Origin: Ascidiella aspersa
Lineage: Eukaryota
NCBI GenBank assembly: GCA_963924565.1
Contig: OZ004609.1
Span: 18,910,001-18,974,000, forward strand
Direction of reading: 5' to 3'
DNA length: 64,000 nucleotides
Of the stretch, positions 38,926-51,404 are shown in pieces. Within the stretch, counting starts at the first letter, position 1; each line of letters opens with the position of its first letter. The notes under the pieces were generated by a model. It did no database searches. It was given only the letters and a program-made list of their open reading frames with translations, and was not told where the DNA came from. Both the position numbers and the translations under genes were made by a program.

Positions 38926-41900
38926 ATGGAAGTTTTATCAGCTTCTCAGGAACGCATTGCAGAATTCCGCAAGAAACTAGATAAACCCCTGAATGGTATA
39001 TAACGTTATTATTTCCATAGTTCTTTTTAAATTTACTATATACTGTAGGTTGTAGGTTGTTAGCTTATAGGTCTTTTACAGTTTATGTATTTTGTCACCA
39101 TTATTTAATTAGTTCTAAAGTATCATTGAATTGTGTAAATTTTATTTTTAACAGATTGCAGAAATGAACTGGATGAACGAGATTTTGATCGCATCATGAA
39201 TGAAGACACTTATACTGCGCTATTTATTCAGTGGACACGATCTGAGACAGAAGCTGTTGATTTGGCAGTAAAATGTCTCAAGTGGAGAAAAATTAATGCA
39301 GTAAATGGTAGGCAACACGGAATTTGTACTTATCTTATATTCCCTAATATTTATAAAGAAATATTTTATTATATTTTTGTTGCTCTCTTAGATATTTCCA
39401 TTGAAAGTATTGGTGAAGAAACTTTCAAACAGGGATATCTGTTTCTTCTTGGTAAAGATACAGATGGCGGACGTGTGTGTAAGTCTTAATCAATTGCAAG
39501 TAATTTTCATATTTCCCTTAAATCTTCTTTTAACAAAACAGATTTCTATAAATAAACTTATATACATAAAAACTAAACCATGTATTTGCAGTAATCTTAT
39601 TACAATTTGCTGTTAAGTTACCTGGGCCTGGAGTATCTGCTTTGATAGTTCAGTAAATTTAATCAGAAATCTTTCTCTCTACTCAGTCTTTTTCTTTGCA
39701 TTTCCTCTCCACAGTACACCTACAAGCTGGCAGGATGAAGAAGGCAGACAAAGAGAAGAACACGCAGCTGCTTATTTTCTGGCTTGAGAGGATTCAACGG
39801 AAAGAACCTGGGAAGCATGTTTCCTTCATCCTGGACACCACTGGAAGTGGAATTGGCAACAGCGACATGGGATTCACCAAATTTATAATAGAATGTTTTA
39901 CCAGCTATTTCCCATGCATGCTACGTAAGTATATACCAACTTACAATTTAGGTATGTGTCACACTTAAGTTGCAATTTTTTCTTGAGGACTCTCACCTTT
40001 CTTGGTTGCGGTTTCAATTAGACAAATTAAATATATATCTTTAGTGGAGTGTTGCACCAAAATTATAATCATTTTTTTATGGGTACATCACAAATCAAGA
40101 ACGACTGTCTCATACACTTAAGTTTCTTCACACGATGAACAATATCACTTTGCAGACAGCATAAGTTGGTTCACGCCACGTAATGTAGAGTAACGGCATA
40201 AGTATATAGACCAAGTAACCTTTAAAATCGCGCCAGACAAAATGAAATCAATAACTTTTTTTATTTTTGGCTCTCAACAATGACGACATTCGGTAAAAGG
40301 TGAATTTTAATTCGAAAGCGTAATTGTTCGCAAAGTGTCAGTTACGCGTTTGGAAATTACGAGGTTAATAATTCACCACAGCTATTTTCGCAATGCCGTC
40401 CGTGTCCAGCGCCGCGTGTGGCTTTCGTAGCCTCTCCAGACAACACTCCTGCCTTGCACAAGCAGCACAACAACATCTCTTATTGATTGCCATTCAGAGG
40501 TTTTCGAGGAAGGTGGTGACAGGCGGTGCCACCTTCGTAGAGAAGTGTTATTTTTACGTGTTCAAGAATGACAAGCTTAATTGTCGTCTTGGGTTATTCC
40601 AGTCACGCTGCCGCACGCGCACAAAGATATTTGGATTACAGCTGCCCGAAACATGCATGCAGTCCGCCCATTGAACAGCTTCCGCTTTCAAACAGAGTTA
40701 CCCTACGTATCCTGTACAGTCCTCATTCCAATTATGCACTGTATATATCGAAATTAGGACTATTAGTCACTCGACTGTTTTCCCCATTGAGCGACTTTTT
40801 GCCTATACGGTGGACACTTCGTTAAACAAACGCCAATTTGTAATTAATTAAATTAGATTTTGCAGGTCTAAACGACCGTTTTTGTTCAATATGTGTGGTA
40901 TACCAGGCTGTTGTGTGCTAAAGATCTCCCAATCCCGCTGTATTATCATCTCATAATACATACAAGTGTTCTTGAAAATATTTAATTTGAAGGGTTTGGC
41001 CTGCAAAAAATTAATTGCGTTCGAACATTCACGAAGTATTGCCGTGGGTGCAACCATTCATCATTGGTGTATTGTGACGTCAATACGAAACTCAACCCAA
41101 CCCTTTTAATTAGCCACAATTAGGACTACTTTATAAGGTTGCCTTTTGTTTCAGGAATGTGACCAATCTAGCCTAATCTACCACGTGGCGATATCCAATA
41201 GGTTACTAATTAAAAGTTTGAGAATGATTAATAAAGCATACGTTTGTCTATATTTGCCATCCTTTTTGTAAATATGTGCGCTATATTAAAGCTGAATTAG
41301 AATTATAAGTATACCTTTTTTAAAGCATTGAGTCCTATCATGGTGTGCATTACCACGCCTTAAAATCAAAAAGCGCTGTATTTAATATGGTGCACATTAC
41401 TCTGTTTAGAGTATCACTAAATTAAATTATATTGTACAGCTGTCTTCTTATTTATTTATTTGTTCTTATTTTGTAGTCGGGGCTGGCATTTGTCAAATGC
41501 CGATTTTACTTTTTTGGGGTCGGTCGTTATGCATGATGACATAAACCGGCTATAAAAAGGGAAGTAGCCTGCATAATAGCCGTGACTAACTGTAAAAAAC
41601 GGACACTTACTTAGCGTACCTGTGAACGCCACAAAAATCAATTCCTCTTTCCATCTACGAAATATTGATTTTATGTTTTGCCATGACATGAATAATGGTT
41701 TGGAGCATTTTCATTCATCTCGTCTCCTGATAAAACGACACCCGAAAACCCCCGAGAGCCGCTGGCATACTGAGAAAAAGTAAATTTAGCTGCCCAAAAA
41801 ATCTTAAAACACCTCGAAATGTCTTGTGTCCGAAGGCCTTCATTTGCTGATTTTATTGAGTTTACCGCCTGGTGGTAACAAGCAACATAATAGTTCTAAA

Positions 41901-44900
41901 TGCATAATTCACATTATTTCAAAGTCTGCTTATCTACATTTTAAAAACCATCTTGTTGTTAAATATCAGCTAAACTTTTTCTACTACTGAAAAACATACT
42001 CATTTGGTCACACCATAAAGGAAATATGTGAAACTGCTAGTTTGCCGAAAAAAAATAAACAGTTATTTTCAGGACGGACACTTGTGTACAACCTGCCGTC
42101 GATCCTGAACGCGATGTGGAAGCTCATTAGTAAAATGTTGTCCAAGGATCAAAGTGACGTCACGGTGCTGTGTGGCAAGTCGGACATCGTGAAATACGTG
42201 AGCGTCGAAAACTTGCCAGTCGAGATGGGCGGCCAGGTTGGTTCTTTCTAATTTCGGTAACGGTAGATATGATCAGGATTACATCGCAAAGAATTTAGTT
42301 GACTTGTTTTACCAAAATATCCCACACTGACCAAATGCTTTGCGTTTTACTCGCTTAGTGAGAGTTATACAAAGAACAAAATATTTTCTTACTTCCTTTA
42401 TTCATGCGGCAACTGTGAAGCCACTTGTAGTCACTATACCCCATTTAAAATGTGAGCTAAACTAGTTACATTTTACCATACTTTTTTTTAAGCCGTTGAA
42501 AGCCCTATATTCTACAACCATTACACTTTATTTGTAGAACTAATAGATGGAAACGTAAGAATTATATCAGAAAGCTATATTTTGTTGTGAATTAAGGAAA
42601 CCTTTTCGCTTTCAAATAAACGCACTGGTGGAAATCTTTAAAGGGATAAAACTAACGGGAAATCTTAAATAAATACTGTGAAAAAGAACCAGTGGCTTTG
42701 TGAAGGCGAATGCTTGACTTTGGTGATATGTCAATCTTTACCACTCATCGGTTCTATATAGTCGCGCTTTGATAAAATAGTTTAGTGACGAAAGGCTGTG
42801 CGTTAAACCGTAAATGTATAGCTGTTGATTTTTGTGTTTTACCACTTAAAAAGAAGTAATAAACTATAACACAATGCACCTATCTCTCCTGTTAAGGCGT
42901 TGTCGAATTTACATTACATTAATAGAAACACTTAATTTAGGTGGTAACTTCAAATGGGGGTGTAAATTAAAGTAAAAAAATAAGAAAATATGTAGGTACT
43001 GTATAATGAAAAACAACAAATATACCCAACGTATGTTGGGCTAAAACAAATTTAGTGGTAGAAATAATAATGCTTGTTTTTTTTCGTCTGCTATTAAGTA
43101 TTCTTTGTTTAGTTTTTGATTCATATTTTTGTCTTATGGGCTTCCACTTTTAAAAACCAAACAACCATTTTCATGATTTAAATCTTCACGACAACACGGA
43201 AATAAAGTTGTTTCATTTATTTTTATATTTTTAGTTGCTTTTTGTTTCTCTTTTAATTTTATGAATCAAATACAGCCTGGTGAAAACATATAGATTGTAA
43301 ATCTTAAATAATAAATTTAGCTCAGGGCTATCTTCAGTCGCATGCCCAGTGCTCATTAATGCCCATTAAGTAAAAATAGGCCGGTTGGTATTAATGCCCA
43401 TTAAGTAAAAATAGGCCGGTTAGTAAAATAAGGCCGGTTAGTATTCTGCCTGTGTATATGCACTGTTTATTATAGTCCGATATAGTTCCAAAGGTACACA
43501 GTGGCAAAGCCTACCCGAATGACCAAACATTTAATAAAATTGTGGCCTAATTTTATATAAAAAAACTAAACAAACCTAAAAAGTAAAATAATTGCTAACG
43601 TTTCTTCTGTATAAAAGAAACTATTAATTGATATACGTTATAATTACTAATAAATCTAGGTTTCTGGCCGTCGGGCATTACCACTTTCGATATGGTAGCC
43701 TAATGTAAACATCCTTCTGTATGAATGTCTGAAGTATATAGTTTCTTTTTAAAGATACATTGGCTATCAGGAAAAGCATTTTTGGGCGCCGTTTGTAAAA
43801 AAACTGAAATCAACTGCATTATTTGGAGTTAATCGTAAATTGAAATTCATTGTGGTGGCGCTGTAGAGCCAATCTTTTCCGCTTTTTAGCAAACATCATC
43901 CAGTTTAGGGACAAAATTGTTTAAAATGATACACTTGTAACAGTAATGCCAGGGAAAAAACGGTTAACATTAAGGTTAAACGGTAAATCTTATCCAAATA
44001 AATACGTATAAACCTTTAGTTAAAGAGTGACATAATGTGCTTAATAGCGCATTTTAGGTGAACAAGGGGCACTGTTCTCAAAACACTGGGAAATTCGTGA
44101 CGGAATATTGGATTACAAAATGTCGAGAAAATGGCCAATTGGCCTGTTTTACGTCATTGGTTTAACTCAACACCTCGATTTTTTTTTGGTCGAGATAGTG
44201 GTTGTGTATATGGCCGGATAACCTGATAACTAATGTGCCCCAACACGATAAATGTTCCCCCATTACTTCGCTTTGCTCGTGCGGATCACGTTTTTTATCC
44301 AATATAGATTTTTCTGAGATCTCATCCCCTGTTACACGCCCAATGAAAACAGCGCCTGTCAAGACGTCGGATAAGGATTCACAGTCCACCGACCGCGTCA
44401 CTGTTTTTGTGTCTTGACCTGTCGGGAATGTCACAATACGCTGTATTTTGTACACATTGGCGCGTTTTATTGCTCGACACTTCCTCCCGCTTCTGTAATC
44501 CGATCACGAATGTCGAACCCGATCCGCCTCGAGTTTCATTTCCATTTTCGTCTCGGCGCACATTTAAAAGGACCAATTGACGCAAAATTGGAATACATTC
44601 GTGATCGTCTCCGCAATACAATGTCGCCGAGGAAACTGTTTAGCTTCGGGTGAACGCGGTTGGCATAGCAGCCCCAGCAACTAGTCCCCGAAATAGCAGT
44701 CGCTCTCATAGACCCACTACTTGATAATTACATGGACCGCTACACCTTTTTCGTGTCAGGACATCTCTGGCTACGCGACAATCTTTTTAAAACAAAAACT
44801 ATTTGGGACACGCCCACAATACACCCTTATTACGATTTAGGGGTACTGGCAAGCCAAATAACGTGTGTCGTCTACACGGTGGTGCTGTCTCCTTACCGCA

Positions 44901-46445
44901 AAATAACCCAAAACGCCATATAATTTAAAGCAAATGTTTGCAAAATCAGCAAAAGTAACTCTTTACCAGAAAAAATAATTAGCCGCGTGAAAATCGTTTT
45001 TTTATGTTATCTAGCAAAATAATTTGGTATAAATACCAGATAATTATGCCAACCTAATGCAATTTTACGCCTGCTTAACTTTTGCTTCCGCTAAGACGGT
45101 TTTTGTGTTGTCCGATTTAAAGACCCCCTTTGCCTGTTAAATAACCCCTTGAATAATACGTGACCGGGTGTAGTATAACTTGTGTGACCGCGAAACCCCG
45201 TTGGTGGATATAATTGGCTTTGTTGCGGAAACTTTGCAATTTCGATCCTTTTACCCTGGTGCTTCCATGGGTCTCGGACCTTTTCTCCGTTCATCCCAAA
45301 GAAAACAAACCCCGAAAGTAGATACCATCTAGTCCATTAGGGCCCCCCAGCGTGCCATTGGTCCTTGGTTAAAGACACGTAATAGTACGTGATGTTAAAC
45401 CGCTGGTTTGACGTGAGTAAAGATTGTTTTGTTTTGTTTGCGTCATCCGCCTTCACGCTCCGACGCTCTGGGAAACATTCAAAACACCTTAAAACAGTTG
45501 GTCGTTTGTTTGGCGTTGAGGTCAACCACATCGAAAGCAGTCGGCTGAAATCGTTCAGTTTCCGTTCTCACTCAGCGCCAACCACATTGGAATTTTCGCA
45601 AACTCGCTTACATAACCCCTCACTTGCGAAATCACCAACCGTAGCAGTAAACAAGGGTTGTAAAATTTGGTTGCTTGCTTTAAAGATGCACTCGTTTGCG
45701 AAAATTGAAGCTCACGTATATGGTTGAACTTTGTTTGAAAGTGCATTATCTCAACTCTCCAGAAAGCAATTGCAATAGGCATCATATTTCGTACGCGTGT
45801 CACCTTCCCTACATTCTGAGCACGAAACAGACATACGGAGTATATACAAACTGCGAATAATGCCAGTATGCCAAGTTGAAGATAAATTCTATCAGCAGTT
45901 TTTGTATTTTACACAGTTGAAAGCTTCCCGTTTTAAAGTAACAAAGAATGGGCCATTTTATCACAAAAAGCTAAATGCACCATTTGGCGCAACAATTGGG
46001 GTAGCTACAGTAGACAAAATCTAAGGCAATTTAACCAGCGATAATATATTATTGATTGGTGTGATACAACGCGAAGTCAACATGTTTGAACAACTACAAG
46101 ATGTTATAGTTAGATGGACCACTTGACGAAGGTTGTGCGGGTCATAAAAATTGATGTCTTGTGCCCAACTTCTGGCCTGCGTCTCGTAGAGGGTGCGGAA
46201 TTTGATTTAAAAGACTGTTCTCATTTTATTTATGACTCGTGACGACTTAAGCTAAGCAAAATTTGCTGATAACAATTTCTAAGTTTGATCGGCTCATTGC
46301 TGTAAAAATTTAAATAATATTGCCGTTTCACTTTTCTTTGTAATTGCCTTGAATGTTTGGGATAAAATTTACCTTTTTACTAATTTGTTTTCAGATTGAC
46401 TACAAGTATTCCTATCCCCCCTTTCCCGATGATCTCGACGCGTAG
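38926..46445 (+). CDS. MOSPD2-like protein with CRAL-TRIO (Sec14) domain only, 244 aa
   Basis: Exons 38926-38995, 39155-39307, 39392-39478, 39715-39924, 42073-42236, 46395-46445 join in phase. LDERDFDRI, LKWRK, GKDTDG, FWLER, DMGFTKFIIECFTSYFP, LVYNLPSILNAMWKLI, LPVEMGGQIDYKYSYPP match the MOSPD2 N-terminal half. Stop TAG 46443-46445. Confidence 0.85.
43355..43443. repeat. Short tandem duplication
   Basis: TTAATGCCCATTAAGTAAAAATAGGCCGGTT twice plus a partial third unit. Confidence 0.8.
45300..45800 (-). pseudogene. Possible decayed hAT transposase fragment in last intron of the CRAL-TRIO gene
   Basis: FPERRSVK..QRFNITYYYVSL resembles the FPEKR..FKV.VYY..LD segment of ZMYM1-type hAT transposases; many frameshifts. 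Confidence 0.35.
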
Positions 46446-49400
46446 ACAAAAATCCCCGAGAATAATGCCCTTAAGCGACATCACATTATTTGTAGCCTTA
46501 TCGTCGTACTTTTAGACGTAATTTGTTTTACTGTGTTGTGTTACACGTGTTCCATCAATCCTGCCTGACTAAATTATTTTATTTTTGTACCTGTGTACCC
46601 CGTATGCAATAGCGAGCTCAATAGCGCATTTTTGTTTTAAATTGTGCGTATGTTACTTGTTACAACGTCGATCAATGAGTACTAAATTGTTGTTTTGGAA
46701 TTCGTCACTTGTTTTCATGTTGATTTTAACACGACACCTTGGCTGTAAAAAGTTTTGCCAAAATTAATGTATGAATTGCAAACTTTCAATGAGCAAATCT
46801 ACCTGTACTGGTATTTTGTGCTACCTAATCAAGTATATGTATTTATTTTTGTAACTTCTATTCAAATATCTAATTTTATTAGCCATGTTTTAGTTTTGAT
46901 GCTCAACATAACTTTAAGTGCACTTTTTTCATAATATACACGCAAATTAAATGTTTTAAATGGACAACCTTGTGAAGCGTATTAAACCTGCTCCGAAATT
47001 TAAGGGTAGTGTAATTGTGAAAAGCATTGTTAAAGTTTGGAGTGTTTAGTGTCACAAATGTTTTTAAAATACCGAAATCGCAGGCGGCACTTTTGTTTAT
47101 ATAATATAATAGGTCTGTATTGATGCCTAAAGTTATTTTTTCTTGCATAGTCCTGGCTTAGTAGTTGTTGTTATATGATTTTTGTAAAGAAACCGACAAA
47201 TATTAAAACTAGAAAACATTTTTTTAGATATATCAGAGAAAACGGTTGCAACACAATGAAGTGTTTGCCAACCTGAATGTAACTTTTTTCGGTTGCCTTT
47301 ATGTTCGTTGCCTTAGTAGCGGCTTGTGATGTCATGCATTCAGGGTCGGTAAAACGAACGCATATCATACAGAAAATCCGGTCGTTCAATTCGTTTGCCC
47401 TTTGTTATAGATCGCGCGACATCCCGTCTCCAACCAACCCATGTAATTTCCTCTGCCTATCGACGCCCTACGTCCGCAAATTTCACTTCACGTGGATCAC
47501 ATTCCATCAGTTGCGTGACGCACGAGTCTTTATTTCTACTTGTAGAACAACGCGGCTCCGTTTCTCTAATAAACCTTTGACACTTCTATGCCGCACTTTT
47601 ATTCTTTTTAATGTAAACCAAGGAGGAAATTCCGGGCGTCTCTTTTGTTGGGCGATGCTGGATGGGTGTGTTCAGCTCCTCCCTCAAAATGTGGCAGTTG
47701 GTCGAAGGCATGAAAACGCCTGCATTTTGTCACCATGTGCAGAAAATAACGTATATTTGTGCTCAGTTGAACAAAAAACGATTGGAATGCGCGCTGAAAG
47801 TTTTTTCTACAACTTACGTATAAAAATGTTTTTTAACCCTTATAATTTGCGTTGGGTATACTTTGAAATATCTATTGACTTTACTTCGGAAGATCTTGTC
47901 TGCTTAAAACTGGTCTGAACTCGATTTTATTCACGCTCTACAACGGGTAATGCGAGGTTAAATTAAGCTCAGGAGTTTCCTTACATCACATCGAAAATTT
48001 CTTTCGAAAACGGTATTTTCTCCACATTCATAAAAGTAACGTGGTTCGTTCTCTCGACTAAAAATTGTCCACGTGTTTATAGTAATAATATATTTTCCTT
48101 TGTAGCCAGGTAACTGACGTTTAAACTCCTGTTGGTAGGAGATCGTTATCGACGAGACTATTCCGTATAGCCTCTGGTACCGTGACGTATCCCCGTTAAA
48201 AGAGCTCAGATTGCACACAGCCAGACGTCCTTCCCGCTTGTTGGTAAGGAGTCCTAATTTTATAAATTGACAACTGCGAAAGAATGCCAAACGAAAACTT
48301 TCCTGACGCCGAAAATAGACTATTGGGCGACCTTCGGGGAAACTCGAGATCACGAGTATAGGCCTGAAGCAAGCAGGAATTTGTCGACGTGGTTACAGCA
48401 ATACGTAATTCCCTAAACAAACACGATTTTCTTCGATTTATTTGAGCAGTATACTTTCTTAAGGGGCATGTCAGACCCCGCATACCTGATTGCACATTTG
48501 CTACAAATAGTGCAATGAGACTTCAATCTCGTTTTGTGAGATAGGCGCTACATTTAAGCACAACGTAAGTTATTTCGCGTGAAATAAAGTTTCCTGGTCC
48601 TTATTGGATTTGGTATGTTACATGCCGTAATTAATAAGTAAGGTAATAACTGTCATGTGCACTGTGGCTCTGTGTATTTGTATTTTCCGCAGATATGATA
48701 AGATTTGAGTTTCGAAAATTCCCTTTTGCCAACATATAAATGTGATATATTTCTTGAAACTCCGACAGAAGGGTACACAAATACTATTCACATCAATGAA
48801 ATACAGAATCAAACATAAATACAAGACCATATACTCTCTTTTTATTCGTACCATAGCTGAATGCTATAGCCTTTGTGATAAAATTGCTTTCGTTGCCAAC
48901 ATGATTCGTGAAGTTAATAATTTTGGTTAAAAGAATTTCAGTTTGTACATTGCAAATATGCGAAAATAAATTTAGATTTTTTTGAAATATCTTATGAAAA
49001 AAGCATTATCAATTTGGTTGAAAAAGTCGAAAAATATTCATAATTTGCTGCCCCTTTACTTCCCTACGATTAAAATATCAAAATATATATAGCACATAAC
49101 AGCCTTCAGTGACATTTTTTTTAATATTGTTTCGTTGCCTCGCATCACTACTTGAAGAACAAGTGCTGTTAAACACTTTAATTTTCCTGTTACCCAACCC
49201 CAACGTGACGACATGTGTGTCTAAAATCATCGGGTGTAGGAATATCACTTCGTTGAGAGCATCTATAATAGGTAACATGGTACTTGCTGCCTTGAGTTAT
49301 CTCCAGTCGATCAGAATTACGCTATTTTGTTTACATAAGTCTCTTGCTGCAGGTTTGTATTATACGATCTTGTTTCTGTACTAAACAAGGTTTAGTGGTT

Positions 49401-50562
49401 TCTTTGGCGTAAATTTAAACACATATAAAATGTCGACAATTTTTTGCATTTACCAAGCTGTCTTGCGGAAACCTTATTGGCATTTAAATGACGGAATTTA
49501 CTGAAAATACATTAAGTAATTGTTTTGTTTATTTTAGTTCTATTCTTTTATACTCATTAAAATAAACAAACAATGACATACTGCCATCAAAAATAATAAA
49601 TCGACCGTTTCCTGAGCCTATTGGTTAAATAATTTAAAAAAAGGTTTTATCATAAAAACTTCTTTTCGCCGTACGTATGATTTACAGAGGAGACACCCCA
49701 TTTATTCATTAATGGTTTATAGTTTGTTGAAGCTGATGGCCACAGATAAATAAAATGATAGTGAAAAAACAAATAAATATTATGCAACCAATAGCTGTTT
49801 TTCCTAAACTATTTTTTTTTTATGTTGAAGGAGTCATATTTTGTGCTTTGTAAAACCGGAGCTGATGTTGTAAACTAGATGAACGTAGATGTCGCAAAGA
49901 AATAAAAAAAATTAGAATACTGTTTTTTTTTAATGTTTTGTTTTCAAGCGATTTAAAAAGGATTGAAACATTGGCAATTTTTATTTTATAAAATTTTGCG
50001 GAACAACTGAAATTTTTGAAATTTTGCTCGATGCTTCTTTTTTTACAAATACCACTACACCCTTTGTTTGCAACTTTACAGATGTTTATATGCAAATCCT
50101 GTGATCTATATGGTGTTTTACTAAGGTAAATATCGGTTTTACCATATCAAAGATGTGCAGTAATTTTTCTATACAATATTTTATTTTTTTAACAGGTAAA
50201 ATTTACACAAATCAAAAACATATAAAAAACGACGTGTTTTTTGTTTAATAAAGTGTATATAAATAAATCCACTGTGAATAAAAACATCACTGTAACTTAC
50301 GACGCTAAATTTACATTGTAAAGAGTGCCCAGCAGCTTCGGGCAGCAGCGTAGATATTGACTTACCGTCCCTGTGTATACGTGAGCATATATGCGAATAG
50401 CAACAGAATGTAATAAATAAAGTCGAACACAGTGAAACCTGAACAAAACACAGCGAAAAACGTAAACCGACGTCGCCGTTCCTCGTCGACCAAGTAAATG
50501 TGGCGAAACGCAACGCCTCGGCAAAGGGCTACTTTAACGAACGCGACCGCCGCATTAGAAAT

Positions 50563-51128
50563 TTAGGACCCCAGTGGGTTGTTTTCATACGATCTCGTGT
50601 AGCATTTCGAACGTGCAGAAGTATGTTTTGGGTGCTTCGATCGACAACTCTTTAACTCGTGATGCATGCGGCACATCCAGTTGTACTCCCGGGCGTCGCA
50701 GGTGTGCTTGCAGCATCTGGCCGCCTGCCAATGGTATGGACCGGATTCCCTGTCCGGCAAGTTGTGTGACGCCGTAACTAAAAAACGCACAAATGCTCGT
50801 TAAACAATAATTTCACAACAATTACGATCCATTGAATAACGCTGTTAAACCAAAAATAAAAAAATAAAAAAAAAACATTTTAAAACTTACGACTTGCTCT
50901 GTAAAAGGGGAAGGGGAAATTGAAAGTTCTGTCCTTGCAGGCCCACCGCAGGAAATGGACCGCTTTTCGTCCACAGTGCTTTTCGCGATTGACGACCTGT
51001 CGGTAATATTTCAATCTGTGGGAAACGGCAGCGTCGGTCCTGGATGCTGAAAGCTGCAGAAGCAAAATGGCGAATCCCAACGTTAGGCAGGCAAAGAATG
51101 AAGTCTTGTCGGTTGCGTTGCAAAGCAT
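50563..51128 (-). CDS. Divergent insulin/IGF/relaxin-family prepropeptide, 150 aa
   Basis: Exon 51128-50891 has a signal peptide and B-chain CGRKAVHFLRWAC (C-x11-C). Phase-1 intron 50890-50778 (GTAAGT..TTTTAG). Exon 50777-50563 has A-chain CCKHTCDAREYNWMC (CC-x3-C-x8-C) and a basic tail with two more Cys. Confidence 0.88.
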
Positions 51129-51397
51129 ATTCTTTAGTGTATAACTTTTCTACTGTTTGAACGAGAAAATTCTAAAAACGTATAAAACAGATTAGTTTTA
51201 TGCTTTACAACAGAATTTAAAAGTATAGACAATACATTTAAGTCAGATTTTATTCTTGCGTCTGTCTGTTGCTGATTTGACTAGCGTGCTATGCAGTATC
51301 TCGAACTGCGAAATACCAATTGCGCCCAAGAAGCATCAGTGATGCGAACATGGCAACCTCCGCAGCATTATGAGCCTGTCAGGCGCCGTGTGCCGTA

Positions 51398-51404
51398 TTT
51401 TATA
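51398..51404 (-). promoter_or_regulatory. Candidate TATA box of the insulin-like gene
   Basis: TATAAAA on the minus strand in GC-rich context, ~270 nt upstream of the ATG. A branch-point/TTTTTAG acceptor lies at ~51173. Confidence 0.5.

Noticed and set aside
40501-40544. Hairpin GAAGGTGG...CCACCTTC as a pre-miRNA
   Set aside because: Stem too short and no known mature sequence recognised.
47301-48495. ORFs of 205, 131 and 99 aa
   Set aside because: No recognisable domain or splice structure; the weak RT-like GCVQSELF motif is insufficient.
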